Assembly: GCF_009834535.1 (NCBI RefSeq)
Contig: NC_045697.1
Location: 118,980,001-119,044,000, forward strand
Direction of reading: 5' to 3'
Origin: Camelus ferus
Lineage: Eukaryota
DNA: 64,000 nt
The position numbers and the translations under genes are program-made. Under the pieces are notes generated by a model. It saw nothing but the letters and a program-made list of their open reading frames with translations, was not told where the DNA came from and did no database searches. Shown in pieces: positions 13,021 to 23,829 of the stretch (the stretch's first letter is position 1; each line of letters starts with the position of its first letter).

Positions 13021-13324
13021 AGTTGCTTAACCCTGGAATTGTACTAGCCTTTTGTCAAGTACAGAATAACATTCCCAGAAATGACCCCAATATCAAAATA
13101 GTATGTGAGGCTGGGAAGGCCACAGGGCTCTCAGCTTATTCTCTGAGTCCTACAAAGAATGCTGTTAATTCACTGATGTTATGCATGCAATGCCTGTGAA
13201 TCACTCACTCACTCAGCTGGCTCGGACTGAGACCTACTTTATACCAGGTGTCAATCCAAGTGCTGGAGAGACCCCAGAGGGAGCCTGGATCACGGCATCA
13301 CTGTCCTTCTTCATTTGCTCCCAG

Positions 13325-13369
13325 AATCCTACTCAAGAACCCCACATGGAATTGGGGGGTTGGAGGCAG
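13325..13369 (+). other. Candidate 45-nt internal exon of an unidentified transcript
   Basis: Acceptor ctgtccttcttcatttgctcccag and donor CAG|gtgagt. All three frames are open; no peptide was recognised. Confidence 0.35.
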
Positions 13370-14812
13370 GTGAGTTATGGTGAAATTCATTTCATTATGT
13401 TCCTTTAGACATATTTAAATAGCATGAAAATAGTCGCTAACTTTGATAAGTTTCCTTTTCCCTTCCTATGTATTTTTGAGGATGGGTATAGTTTTGGTGC
13501 AGCAAGAGTAATTGATAGATCTTTGGTATGTTAGGATTTTATATGAAAAATTAAGAAGGAAACTGGCACCTTATACAAAGTGAAGAGGCAGTGAGGAAAA
13601 CACAAGCCACCCTCGAACTTGGCTACCATTCAGCATTCCTGGTTTTCAAACAAGGGAAACATAATTCAAAATATATTCCCTAAATATTTTAGCCCAGAGT
13701 AGAAATACATGGAGGCAAAGTTCAGCTCACTGGAACCTAAAGCAGTGTGCTTACTAAAGCGAACGTATAAACAGACCACAGATACTATAATGCACCCTTT
13801 ACTTTAAACTAGTTCACGTGAGCAAGTTTCATTTCACATGAATTGCTCAGTACCAATTTAGAAATTAAATCCTTCTCCTTGATTGGTAAAAGTAGCTCAC
13901 TGATAACCAGATTCAACAAAATTTAGTGTTAAATAATTAACCTATTTCCTTCAGGAAATGCTTTTGAGTAATCTGTGTTAAGTATTTCCTCTATCTGTTC
14001 TATTTCTTTTCACAGAGAAAAATAGTACTATTTGTACATGAGCTACTTTTACTCCTCTGGAAAAATCTGACTGTGAGCTCAGGGTAAGAGTTGTCTACTA
14101 CACAGTTGGGAAAAAAAAAGATTCACTTCACAGCGAAGATCAGAATCTTGTTTTTTTTGAGGGGCGTGGTGAGCTGGGGGACAAGGGAAATGCTTTTGTT
14201 TAGAGACAGACCCCAGTAATCCATACTGAAGCTGAAAGAAGAAGCCCTTGTGAAGAAATGTGGAAGGACACACTGACACCCAAAGGTGTTCACTCGGCAA
14301 AAACAGAAAGAAAGAAAAAATAATTTAACTGCCCTATAAAGAGAATGGACAGAAACTTGGTAATAAGGGAGAGAGAAGGAAGATTAGGGAAGGGAGGAGA
14401 AACAATGAAAGGGAACTTGGATGCGGTGGGCAGAATAGCAGGTTTCTGGAGCCTACAATGAAGGATGATAAGAAAAAAAGTAAAGTTTAAAAAAAGTAAC
14501 AAAGTTTAAAATAGTTTAAAAATTAAAAAACAAAGTTAAAAAAATAAAATTTTTTTATAGTGGCATGGAAGATTTTAAAATGATGGAGGTTTCTTATTTC
14601 AAAATTCAAGTTGTTTGAGTTTCTCCTCCATGCTCCAAAAAACAGTAAGGCCTGCTTGTGTAAGTGGTTTTGGGGGACACCACAGAGAGGGGTGAGCAGT
14701 GCAGTTAGGTTGGCCAGGAGCAGAATGCTGGTGTGGAAGGCAAGACAGAAGAGAGATCAAGAGTTTCATGAGAACAGAAACTCAAAGCCAGAAATTATCT
14801 TAAAAATGTTAG

Positions 14813-15332
14813 TGTGGTAGGCAGAAAAATGTTCCCCACCCAAGATGTCCTAATCCCCAGAATATATGAAGATGTCAGGTTCCCTGGCAAAGGGGGCCTA
14901 TTGTTGCAGAAGCAGTTAAGGTTGCTAACCAGGCCGACTTAAGAGAGATGAGCTGGATCATATAGGTGGGCCCAGTGTAATCACCAGTGTCGTTAAAAGG
15001 AGGAAGAGGGAGGCAGAAGAGGAGAGAGAGGAGAGGAGATGTGACCACAGAATCAGAGTCAGAGACACACAACCACGCTGACCTTTAGAGAGAGAAAAGA
15101 GGTCACAGGCCAAGAGATGCAGGTAGCCTCTGGAAGCCAGAAAAGTCAAAGATACAGGTTCCCCTGAGGCCTTCAGAAACAGCCCTGCCAATACTTTGAC
15201 TTCAGCAGGCTTCTGCATTCAAGAACCCTACAAGGTTAAATTTGTGTTGTTTAGTGGAGACTTTTTCTTTTTTCTTCCTACTACCATGACGTTTGGGGAT
15301 ACTTGTTACAACAGCAACAGAAAGCGAATACA
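14813..15332 (+). mobile_element. MLT1 (ERVL-MaLR) solo LTR, MLT1D-like, full length
   Basis: TG...CA termini (tgtggtaggcagaaaaatg ... ttgttacaacagcaacagaaagcgaataca) and internal ggtgggcccagtgtaatcac and aaatttgtgttgttt blocks. Flanked by an imperfect 5-bp target site duplication, gttag/gtaag. Confidence 0.88.
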
Positions 15333-15460
15333 GTAAGCTCCTTGAAATGTTCAGAAATTGCAGATAACACTGGACTGTCCACTTTGATGTGGGATTGGGC
15401 TTATGTGAAAATCAAAAGGATAGTGTGACCTTTGCTAACATCTGCTTTTCTCATTTTTAG

Positions 15461-15470
15461 GAAGAGAACA
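15461..15470 (+). other. Candidate 10-nt microexon (GAAGAGAACA) of an unidentified transcript
   Basis: Branch-point-like gctaac, polypyrimidine tract tctgcttttctcatttttag, 10-nt body, then consensus donor gtaagt. No transcript evidence is available. Confidence 0.4.
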
Positions 15471-15574
15471 GTAAGTCAAAACCTCTGTAGTTATTATTTT
15501 AGACAAGTGTCTCTTAAAACATTATGTAACCCTGTGCCTTAGGACCACAAGAGAGTCTCTGTTCTTAGAGGAAC

Positions 15575-15820
15575 ATGGATTCAGAGAGATAGGGTCTTAC
15601 ATCTGAGTCCCACAGTGGTCTCTTATTGGCAATGAGAGCTTGGGCAAATCATTTACCCTCTTTAAGCCACAGGATCTTCATTTGCAAAAGGAAGATAAGA
15701 ATGAGGATTGTTTGGGTGATTAAATTGTACACACACACACACACACACGCACGCACACATATATGTACAATACTTAATACAGTGACTAGCACATACTAGG
15801 CACTCAACAAATTCCTGTTA
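15575..15820 (+). mobile_element. MIR SINE containing a (CA)n microsatellite at ~15729-15758
   Basis: cttgggcaaatcatttaccctctttaagccacaggatcttcatttgcaaaagg...cagtgactagcacatactaggcactcaacaaat. Confidence 0.75.
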
Positions 15821-16851
15821 TGGATTTTTAAATGCATGTATAAAAGGAGGAGAAAGTTGTGGGAACTTGTGGGAAAACTTAGTTCACGGCCCCAAAAAGG
15901 GCCTATCTCTTAAAGGGCTCTGATCAGTCAGTCCCCAGTGATGGGATAATAAGCAGAAACTATAGCACTTGGGGATTTAAATTAAACATAAAAAGGAAGG
16001 TATTTAAGCATAATTATTAAACAGCAGGTACGTTTACACTGTTGGCTGGATCATCTTATCTGGAGAGCTTTAATAAGCAGAGTCTCCCCTGCTTTAGAGA
16101 TGGGCACGCAGGAAAATGACTTGGATGGGTGGGCCATTCTCACCCCATGATCACATGACTTAGTACTCACGGAAGTAACACCTCTTGTATGTTATTCCAG
16201 ATTGACTGTCCTCCCATGATTATTGTCAGCTGTGTCATCAGTTCAAGGAAACAGCCACCTGGGTCACACTGGAATATTAGAAAGAAAATCTCATTTAAAT
16301 TTTAGATAGCTCTAACATGAAATAAAGTCATTATTTTATGCCTAAAAAAATCTAAGGAACAGAGAGTAAAGACACTCTTCATTGGGCAACTAAGAGAAAA
16401 CATGAAACAGGTTAGACTGTCAGAACACAAAGCTGTATTCACACCTCTTCATTTCTGTATTTTCACAGCCAATACACCTGATCTCCCTGATAAGTCACAA
16501 ATCTGCCCTTAAAGAATGTGATGTAGAAACACGAGGAGTACTAGTTGACAAACTGGAACAAGAACACCTTCATGGCTAGGTTGTTCTCATAGTCAGTCTG
16601 GTCCTTGGGAGCTCTGCAGCTAGAATAAAGAAAAGTTAAGTCTGCAAAACTGTGAATGGCTTTGAGACCCTAATCAAAGCCATGGACACATGAGTTAACA
16701 TGGTAAATATGTATGTATATATATATATACACAATTCACACTGTTTTCATTTAAGCTGTTTTGAATTCCTTAACATAGCTACTATGTTAATTCCAAGTGT
16801 ACACACTGTTGTAAGAGTTTCTCCCACTATGAACACAATATCCCACAAGGC

Positions 16852-16870
16852 AAAAAAAAAAAAAAAAAAA
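16852..16870. repeat. Poly(A) tract (19 A)
   Basis: Read directly; no attached SINE or LINE body was recognised. Confidence 0.9.
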
Positions 16871-18119
16871 TTCAGCCGTTCCTTAAAATTTATAAGCACA
16901 ACAGTATCCAATGGGCAAGAACTGTCCTCTGTCAGGTGTAAGTTGACAGAAAGCTACTTTTAAACATCCTGCTAAATGATATTCTCTTGTCTCCCTGAAC
17001 GGCAGTAAGGTAGGACTATTGAAGAAACTAAACAAAACACGGGGCAACTTGCTAGAAGTATTTGGGGAACATAAAACTGGTCATCCTCCTAGTTTAGAAT
17101 TTGAATTGGTCTTGGTGTTTTCAGAAGATGACCACTGAGCAGACCACTGGGAGAACGACCCAGCCACATGCAGCGGGTCGGAAGCACTTAACTTGGGCCG
17201 CTAAGCCGCTGGCTGGGATACAAGCCAGAGAGAAGAAACATTTATTATAGAAGCCACAGCTGATGAGAATGGAGCTACACTAACAGGAACAGCATGGGGG
17301 GAAGACACATAACACTGTGATTACCTGTCCTCTCCATAACGCACAAGCAAATCTGCCACTGGAACCACGACCCTCTTCCACTTATTTGCAACAGAGACTA
17401 TTTACTTTCAACAATAGGGTATATGATCTAATGTAAATGAAATTATTATTAAGCACTGACCTGTTTACACAGAGCTTGGACATTCTAATGCTTCCTTTTT
17501 CCCTTTTACTAATGCAAAGCTGGAGCTAATTCACTTCTCACATAGGCTAGAGAAAATACGTTTACACTTGAAGTTTTCTAAAGACTCTAATGTACTGGAA
17601 TTGAAGTGCCTACAAAGGTACAGTCTCTGTTTTGACCTGGTTCTAAAACTGGTGTAGAAATGACCTCAGCTACAGGAGGAGCTTACCAGAGTCAGTCACC
17701 ATGATTGCCACTTTCTCATATATGGCGTTCAGGGTCACGATGATGATAAAACTGATGAGGGAAGCAGTGATGGGCGTGGCCCACCTGCACAGTCAGGTAC
17801 TTCTGGATTGGGTCTCTTCCATTCAGGTTCTTGGAAAGTTTTGCAGAAAATACAATGAACACTGAAAGTCCCATAGACAGTGATCCTAATAACTGAAGCA
17901 ATGGTCAACAGGACCTGACAACCCAAAAACCCAGCAGCATGAGACTCACTAATGATCGTATTTTTACACAGAATACTTGCCCCCAACCCACGCTTAAACA
18001 GACAACATGCATGTGCTGTAAACCTCACATAAACGTGAGAAGTGATGTAAATCGCACGTAAATGCCACAAGAGACGTGAATATCAGGCATGTTAAACTTT
18101 AGGGGAGGAGGAATGAAGG

Positions 18120-18265
18120 ATGTCAAAAAGAATGAGTGCATCCACTAATGTAACATGCTGACAGCAGGAGCAGCTGTGTGCAGGGCATAGGGAATATATG
18201 GGAACTCCACTTTCTGTGAATTTTTCTGTAAACCTAAAACTGCACTAAAGAAGGAAGCCTGTTAA
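18120..18265 (+). mobile_element. L1 3' end fragment (L1MB/L1MC-like)
   Basis: gggaatatatgggaactccactttctgtgaatttttctgtaaacctaaaactgcactaaag resembles the L1MC-type 3' terminus. Confidence 0.75.
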
Positions 18266-18960
18266 GTATATCTTTAAATGGGTGAAAATGGAGTAACTGG
18301 TGGCATGTTCTTTTGGAGACAAGTCTATGATAGCAGAACTAATGAAAATATCCCTTCTACATCTATAGAATTACTTAGGTTATGAACTAGTTGTAACCCA
18401 TGAAGGGGATATGCTTCCTTTCAAGGAAGAACCTATCACTGATTCAGGGTCCAGCAGGTGCTAGCAGTCGTCTTCATTCTGAATAGGACCAGTGAAGCTG
18501 TGGACATGCCCTGAGGGAAATAGTGGAAGTGACAGCAGGTCTCTGCTGATGAAAGCTTCACATGCTTTTCATACTCCTTGAGATCTTAAAATGGCAGGTA
18601 TTCATACTCCCTGCATTTGCACAAGATTCATGTCCCTGATCCATTGTAGTTCTGTCTGTGTGGACCCAAGGACAAAGGGGGTGTCTGAAGCATAATTTGC
18701 ACGTGGCTGATAGGGTTTCAGTTCCTCACTAGGCAGGTTTTTTCTGGCCACTGAAGAATGCACATTAAAGGTCCCATTTTTAAACTGTTTTCCTTCCATC
18801 TACCTTCTTGGTCATAGTCCAGAAGCATGTACTCAGTGTCCCTGGCCGCTCCTGATGGCTGCCCCAGAGAGAAAGCTACAAAGAATGTGAATTTCAAGAC
18901 TAAGTGAACCACATCATGTTATTTACAGTAACAGCGGGAGGCTGGCTTGCACCTGCAGGG

Positions 18961-19218
18961 GAGAGCATAGGGAGTGTTTACAAGCCCCTCCTGGAGCCAC
19001 ACTCCTGCATCTGGATCCCAGCTCCGATGCTAGCTGTCGGGCCTTGTGCAAATTTCTTAACCTCTAGGGGCTTCAATCTCCTCTCCCACATAATGGGGGG
19101 ATAATAATAGCAATTTATAGGACTATTGTGATGAGTCAATTATTTACTAATTGTGAAAACAATTGGAACATTAACCACAGGCATGTGAAAAACTCTACCT
19201 AAGTATTAGCTATGAATA
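18961..19218 (+). mobile_element. MIR SINE, near full length
   Basis: ctggagccacactcctgcatctggatcccagctcc...ccttgtgcaaatttcttaacctct...taatggggggataataatagc...tattagctat. Confidence 0.8.
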
Positions 19219-19523
19219 TGGTGACCAAAGTCTTAAAAAGGTGTTTCTCTTAGTTTTTAAGCCATCAGTTTGTAGAGAAAACATTTTATTTCCTCCCCTA
19301 CTCTCTTTCATCACCGTTTTCTTCACAGTTAAGGCTTCATGCTTGTGACAGGAATAACTTTTTAGTGTGTGTGTGATTAAATGTGAAAATTAGTTAAGGC
19401 TGAGAAAAATGTATTATAGAAGGTATATTAAGCCTTCCCCTCTTGTACAAGCACATATAGCCATTTAAATAGTATGCATTTTTTAAAAAGTCTGCATAAT
19501 AATTTTTTAATTATGTATTAAGT

Positions 19524-19750
19524 AATCATAATAGTTAAGATTCTTTAAATGCTTACTATTGTTTCAGCACACATCTATTTTTCTAAATCCTCACAATCAC
19601 CCTGTGGGGAAGGTAATATTATATCTCTTTTACAGATGAGGAAATAGAGCCACGTGGAGATGATGCAATTTGCCCCCAATGAAGCAACTATTAAATGAAA
19701 GAACTGAAATACTCAAAGAGCCCAAAGACACCTAACTGTATAGCACTGTC
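19524..19750 (-). mobile_element. MIR SINE, antisense
   Basis: aaatcctcacaatcaccctgtggggaaggtaatattatatctcttttacagatgaggaaatagagcc matches the antisense MIR core. Confidence 0.85.
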
Positions 19751-19904
19751 TCCTACATGGTCTGTGAAATCAATTCTAATTCATTTCAGAACTTTTACAA
19801 ACTTGACACATTTCCGTTTTCTTCCAAGCACTTAATGGCTCAATATTTCTTAAGAAACAGGAAGCTTTCCATTCTCCTTCCTCAAGTTTCTTCTTACTAT
19901 CATT

Positions 19905-20004
19905 NNNNNNNNNNNNNNNNNNNNNNNNNNNNNNNNNNNNNNNNNNNNNNNNNNNNNNNNNNNNNNNNNNNNNNNNNNNNNNNNNNNNNNNNNNNNNNNN
20001 NNNN
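19905..20004. other. Assembly gap (100 N, true size probably unknown)
   Basis: Exactly 100 N separating unique DNA from satellite. Confidence 0.99.
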
Positions 20005-23000
20005 AGGAAAACTGCAGGAACTTCAAACCGGAACCCAGAAACATACTGACAATACAGAGTTATAGTTTCTTTCTCCTGCAACACGTTCCCCTTTGTGCAG
20101 ATGAACGAACGTCTCTCCACATGCTCAGTTCTGAGAATCAGTGTGGGGTGAAAGCCGTCCTTCACGTAGCTTGTTGGAACACAAAGATTTCTTTTTCATT
20201 TGTGAAACACCACTCCATAAGTATATTTGGGGAAGTACTAGCTCCAACTCGGTTTAATAGTGAAAACTGCAGGATTTCAAACCGGCACTAGGAAACAGAC
20301 TGAGAACCAGAGTAAAAGTTTCTCCTGCAAAACTTCCCTTGGTTGCTGGATGAACAAATGTTCTCCACATGCTCAGTTCTGAGATAAGTGAGTGTGAAAG
20401 CAGTCCTTCACCTAGCTTGTTGGGAACACAATGTTTCTTTTCGTTGCAAACTCCACTCCATACATATATATGGGGAACTACTAGCTCCAAATCGATTTTA
20501 CAGTGAAACTGCAAGAACTTCACACAGGCACTACGAACAGACTGAGAAATCAGAGTAAAGTTCTCCTCTGCACCCGTACAGTTGGTGCTAGATGAACGAA
20601 CGTCTCTGCACATGCTCAGTTCTGAGTGATAAGTGTGTGAAAGCCGTATTTCACCTAGCTTTAGGGCACACAAAGTAACTTTTCAAGTGCAAACCCACTC
20701 CATACTATATATGGGGAGTACTAGCTCCAATTCGGTTTTAAAGTGAAAACTGCAGGAACTTCAAAACGGCACTAGGAAAAGACTGAGAAACCACAGTAAA
20801 AGGTTTCTCCTGCAACACGTTCCCTTTGTGCTGGATGAACTAACGCTCTCCACATGCTCAGTTCTGAGAGATAAGTGTGTGTGAAAGCCGTCCTTCATAG
20901 CTTGTTTTGAACACAAAGTTTCTTTTCAGTTGCAAACTCCACTCTGTACATATATGGGGAGGTTCTAGCTCCAACTCGGTTTTACAGTGAAAAGTGCAGG
21001 AACTTCAAAACCGGCACTAGAAAACAGACGGAGAACCAGAGTAAAAGTTTCTCCTGCAACCCGTTCCCTTGGTGCTAGATGAACGAACGTCTCTCCACAT
21101 GCTCAGTTCTGAGCGATAAGATTGTGTGTGAATGCCGTCTTCAACTAGCTTGTTGGGAACACAAATTTTCATTTCAGTTGCAAACTACACTCTGTAAATA
21201 TATATGGGGATGTACTAGCTCCAAATTGGTTTTTCAGTGAAAACTGCAGGAACTTCAAAACCGAACTAGGAAACAGACTGAGAAACCATAGTAAAAGTTT
21301 CCCCTACAACCCGATCCCTTTGTGCTAGATGTACGGACGTCTCTCCACATGCTCATTCTGAGAGTTAAGTGTGTGAAAGCCGTCCTTCACCTAGATTGTA
21401 GGGAACACAAAGTTTCTTTTCAGTTGCAAACTCCACTCCATAATTATATATGGGGTGGTACTAGCTTCTATTAGGATTTACAGTGGAAAATGCAGGAACT
21501 TCAACCGGCACTAGGAAATAGACTGAGAACCAGAGTAAAAGTTTCTCCTGCAACCCGTTCCCTTTTTGCTACATGAACGAACGTCTCCCCACATGCTTAG
21601 TTCTGAGAGAAAAGTGTGTGTGAAAGCCGTCTTTCACCTAGCTTGTTGGGAACACAAAGTTTATTTTCAGTAGCAAACTCCTCTCCATACATATATATGG
21701 GGCGTTTATAGGTCCAACTCGGTTTAAGAGTGAAAACTGCAGGAACTTCAAACCAGCAATAGGAAAGAGACAGAGAATCCAGAGTAAAAGTTTCTAATGC
21801 AACCCGTACCCTTGGTTCTAGATGAACAAACGTCTCTCCACATGCTCTGTTCTGAGATATAAGTGTGTGTGAAAGCCGTCCTTCACCTAGCTTTTTGGGA
21901 ACACAAAGTTTCTTTTCAGAAGAAAATTCCACTCCATACATATATATGGGGAGGTAGTAGCTCCAAATCTGTTTTACAGTGAAAACTGCAGGAACTTCAA
22001 ACCGGCACTAGGAAACAGACTGAGAAACTACAGTATATGTTTATGCTGCAACCCTTTTCTATTGTTCTAGATGAACGAACGTCCCTCCACATGCTCAGTT
22101 CTGAGAGATATGTGTGTGTGAAAGCCACCCTTTATCTAGCTTGTTGGGAAAACAAAATTTCTTTTCAGTTGCAAACTCCACTCCATACATATATATGGGG
22201 TGGTATCAGCTCCAACTCGGTTAAACAGTGAATACTGCAGGAAATTCAAAACGACACTAGGAAACAGACTAAGATACCACAGTAAAAGTTCCCCTGCAAA
22301 CCGTTCCCTTTGTGCTAGATGAACGAACGTCTCTCCACATGCTCAGTTCTGAGAGATAAGTGTGTGTGAAAGCCGCCCTTTATCTAGCTTGTTGGGAAAA
22401 CAAAGTTTCTGTTCAGTTGCAAACTCCACTCCATACACATATATGGAGAGGTACTAGCTCCAACTCGGTTTTACAGTGAAAACTGCAGGAACTTCAAACC
22501 GGCACTAGGAAACAGACTGAGAAACTGCAGTAAATGTTTATGCTGCAACCCGTTCCCTTTGTGCTAGATGAACGAACCTCTCTCCACATGCTCAGTTCTG
22601 AGAGATAAGTGTGTGTGAAAGCCGTCCTTCACGTAGTTTGTTGGGAACACAAAGTGTCTTTTCCGTTGCAAACTCCACTCCATACATATATATGGGGAGG
22701 TACAAGCTCCAACTCGGTTTTACAGTGAAAACTGCATTAACTTCAAACCGGCACTAGGAACAGACTGAGAAACCAGAGTAATAGTTTCCCCTGCAACCCG
22801 TTCCATTTTTGCTCGATGAACGAACGTCTCTCCATATGCTCAGTTCTGAGAGATACGTGTGTGTGAAAGCCGTCCTTCAACTAGCTTGTTGGGAAAACAA
22901 AGTTTCTTTTCAGTAGCAAGCTCCACTCCATACATATATCTGTGGCGGTTCTAGGTCCAACACGGTATAACAGTGAAAACTGCAGGTACTTCAAACCGGC

Positions 23001-23829
23001 ACTAGGAAACAGACTGAGAAACCAGAGTAAATGTTTCTCCTGCAACCGTTTCCCTTTGTGCTAGATGAACGAACGTCTCTCCACATGCTCAGTTCTGAGA
23101 TATAATTGTGTGTGAAAGCCTTCCTTCAACTAGCTTGTTGGGAAAAAAAAGTTTCTTTTCAGTTGCAAACTCCACTCCATACATTTATATGGGTGGTAGT
23201 AGCTCCAACTCGGTTTTACAGTGAAAACTGCAGAAAATTCAAACCGGCACTAGGAAACAGACTGAGAAACCAGAGAAAAAGTTTCTCCTGCAACCGATTC
23301 CCTTTGTGCTAGATGAACGAACGTCTCTCCACATGCTCAGTTCTGAGATATAAGTGTGAGTGAAAGCCATTCTTCAACTATCTTGTTGGGAACAAATAGT
23401 ATCTTTTCAGTTGCAAACTCCACTCCATTCATATATATGGTGAGGTACTAGCTCCAACTCTGTTTTACAGTGAAAACTGCATGAACTTCTAACCGGCACT
23501 AGGAAACAGACTTAGAAACCAGAATAAAAGTTTCACGTGCAACCCGTTCCCTTTGTGCTAGATGAACGAACGTCTCTCCACATGCTCAGTTGTGAGATAT
23601 AAGTGGTTGTGAAAGCCGGCATTCAACTAGTTTGTTTGGAAAACATAGTTTCTTTTCAGTTACAAGCTCCACTCCATACATATATATGGGGAGGTACTAG
23701 CTCCAACTCGGTTTTACACAGAAAAATGCAGGTACTGCAAACAGGCACTAGGAAACAGACTGAGAAACCACAGTAAAAGTTACTACTTAAACCCGGTCCC
23801 TTTATGCTAGATGAACGAACGTCTCTCCA

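Noticed and set aside
14470..14560. A-rich degenerate aaagtttaaa repeats
   Set aside because: Ordinary low-complexity sequence with no evidence of function.
19757..20165. ORFs spanning the gap (also 57740-57961)
   Set aside because: Artefacts of translating through N runs.
22548..22576. CENP-B box-like TTCG...CGGG on the minus strand of each monomer
   Set aside because: The spacing between TTCG and CGGG is 20 nt (ttcatctagcacaaagggaa) rather than the required 7, so it is not a canonical box.
22676..22700. CArG box or TATA promoter in ccatacatatatatgg
   Set aside because: CArG needs CC(A/T)6GG, and here the spacer is 12 nt. The TATA-like run has no other supporting promoter evidence.
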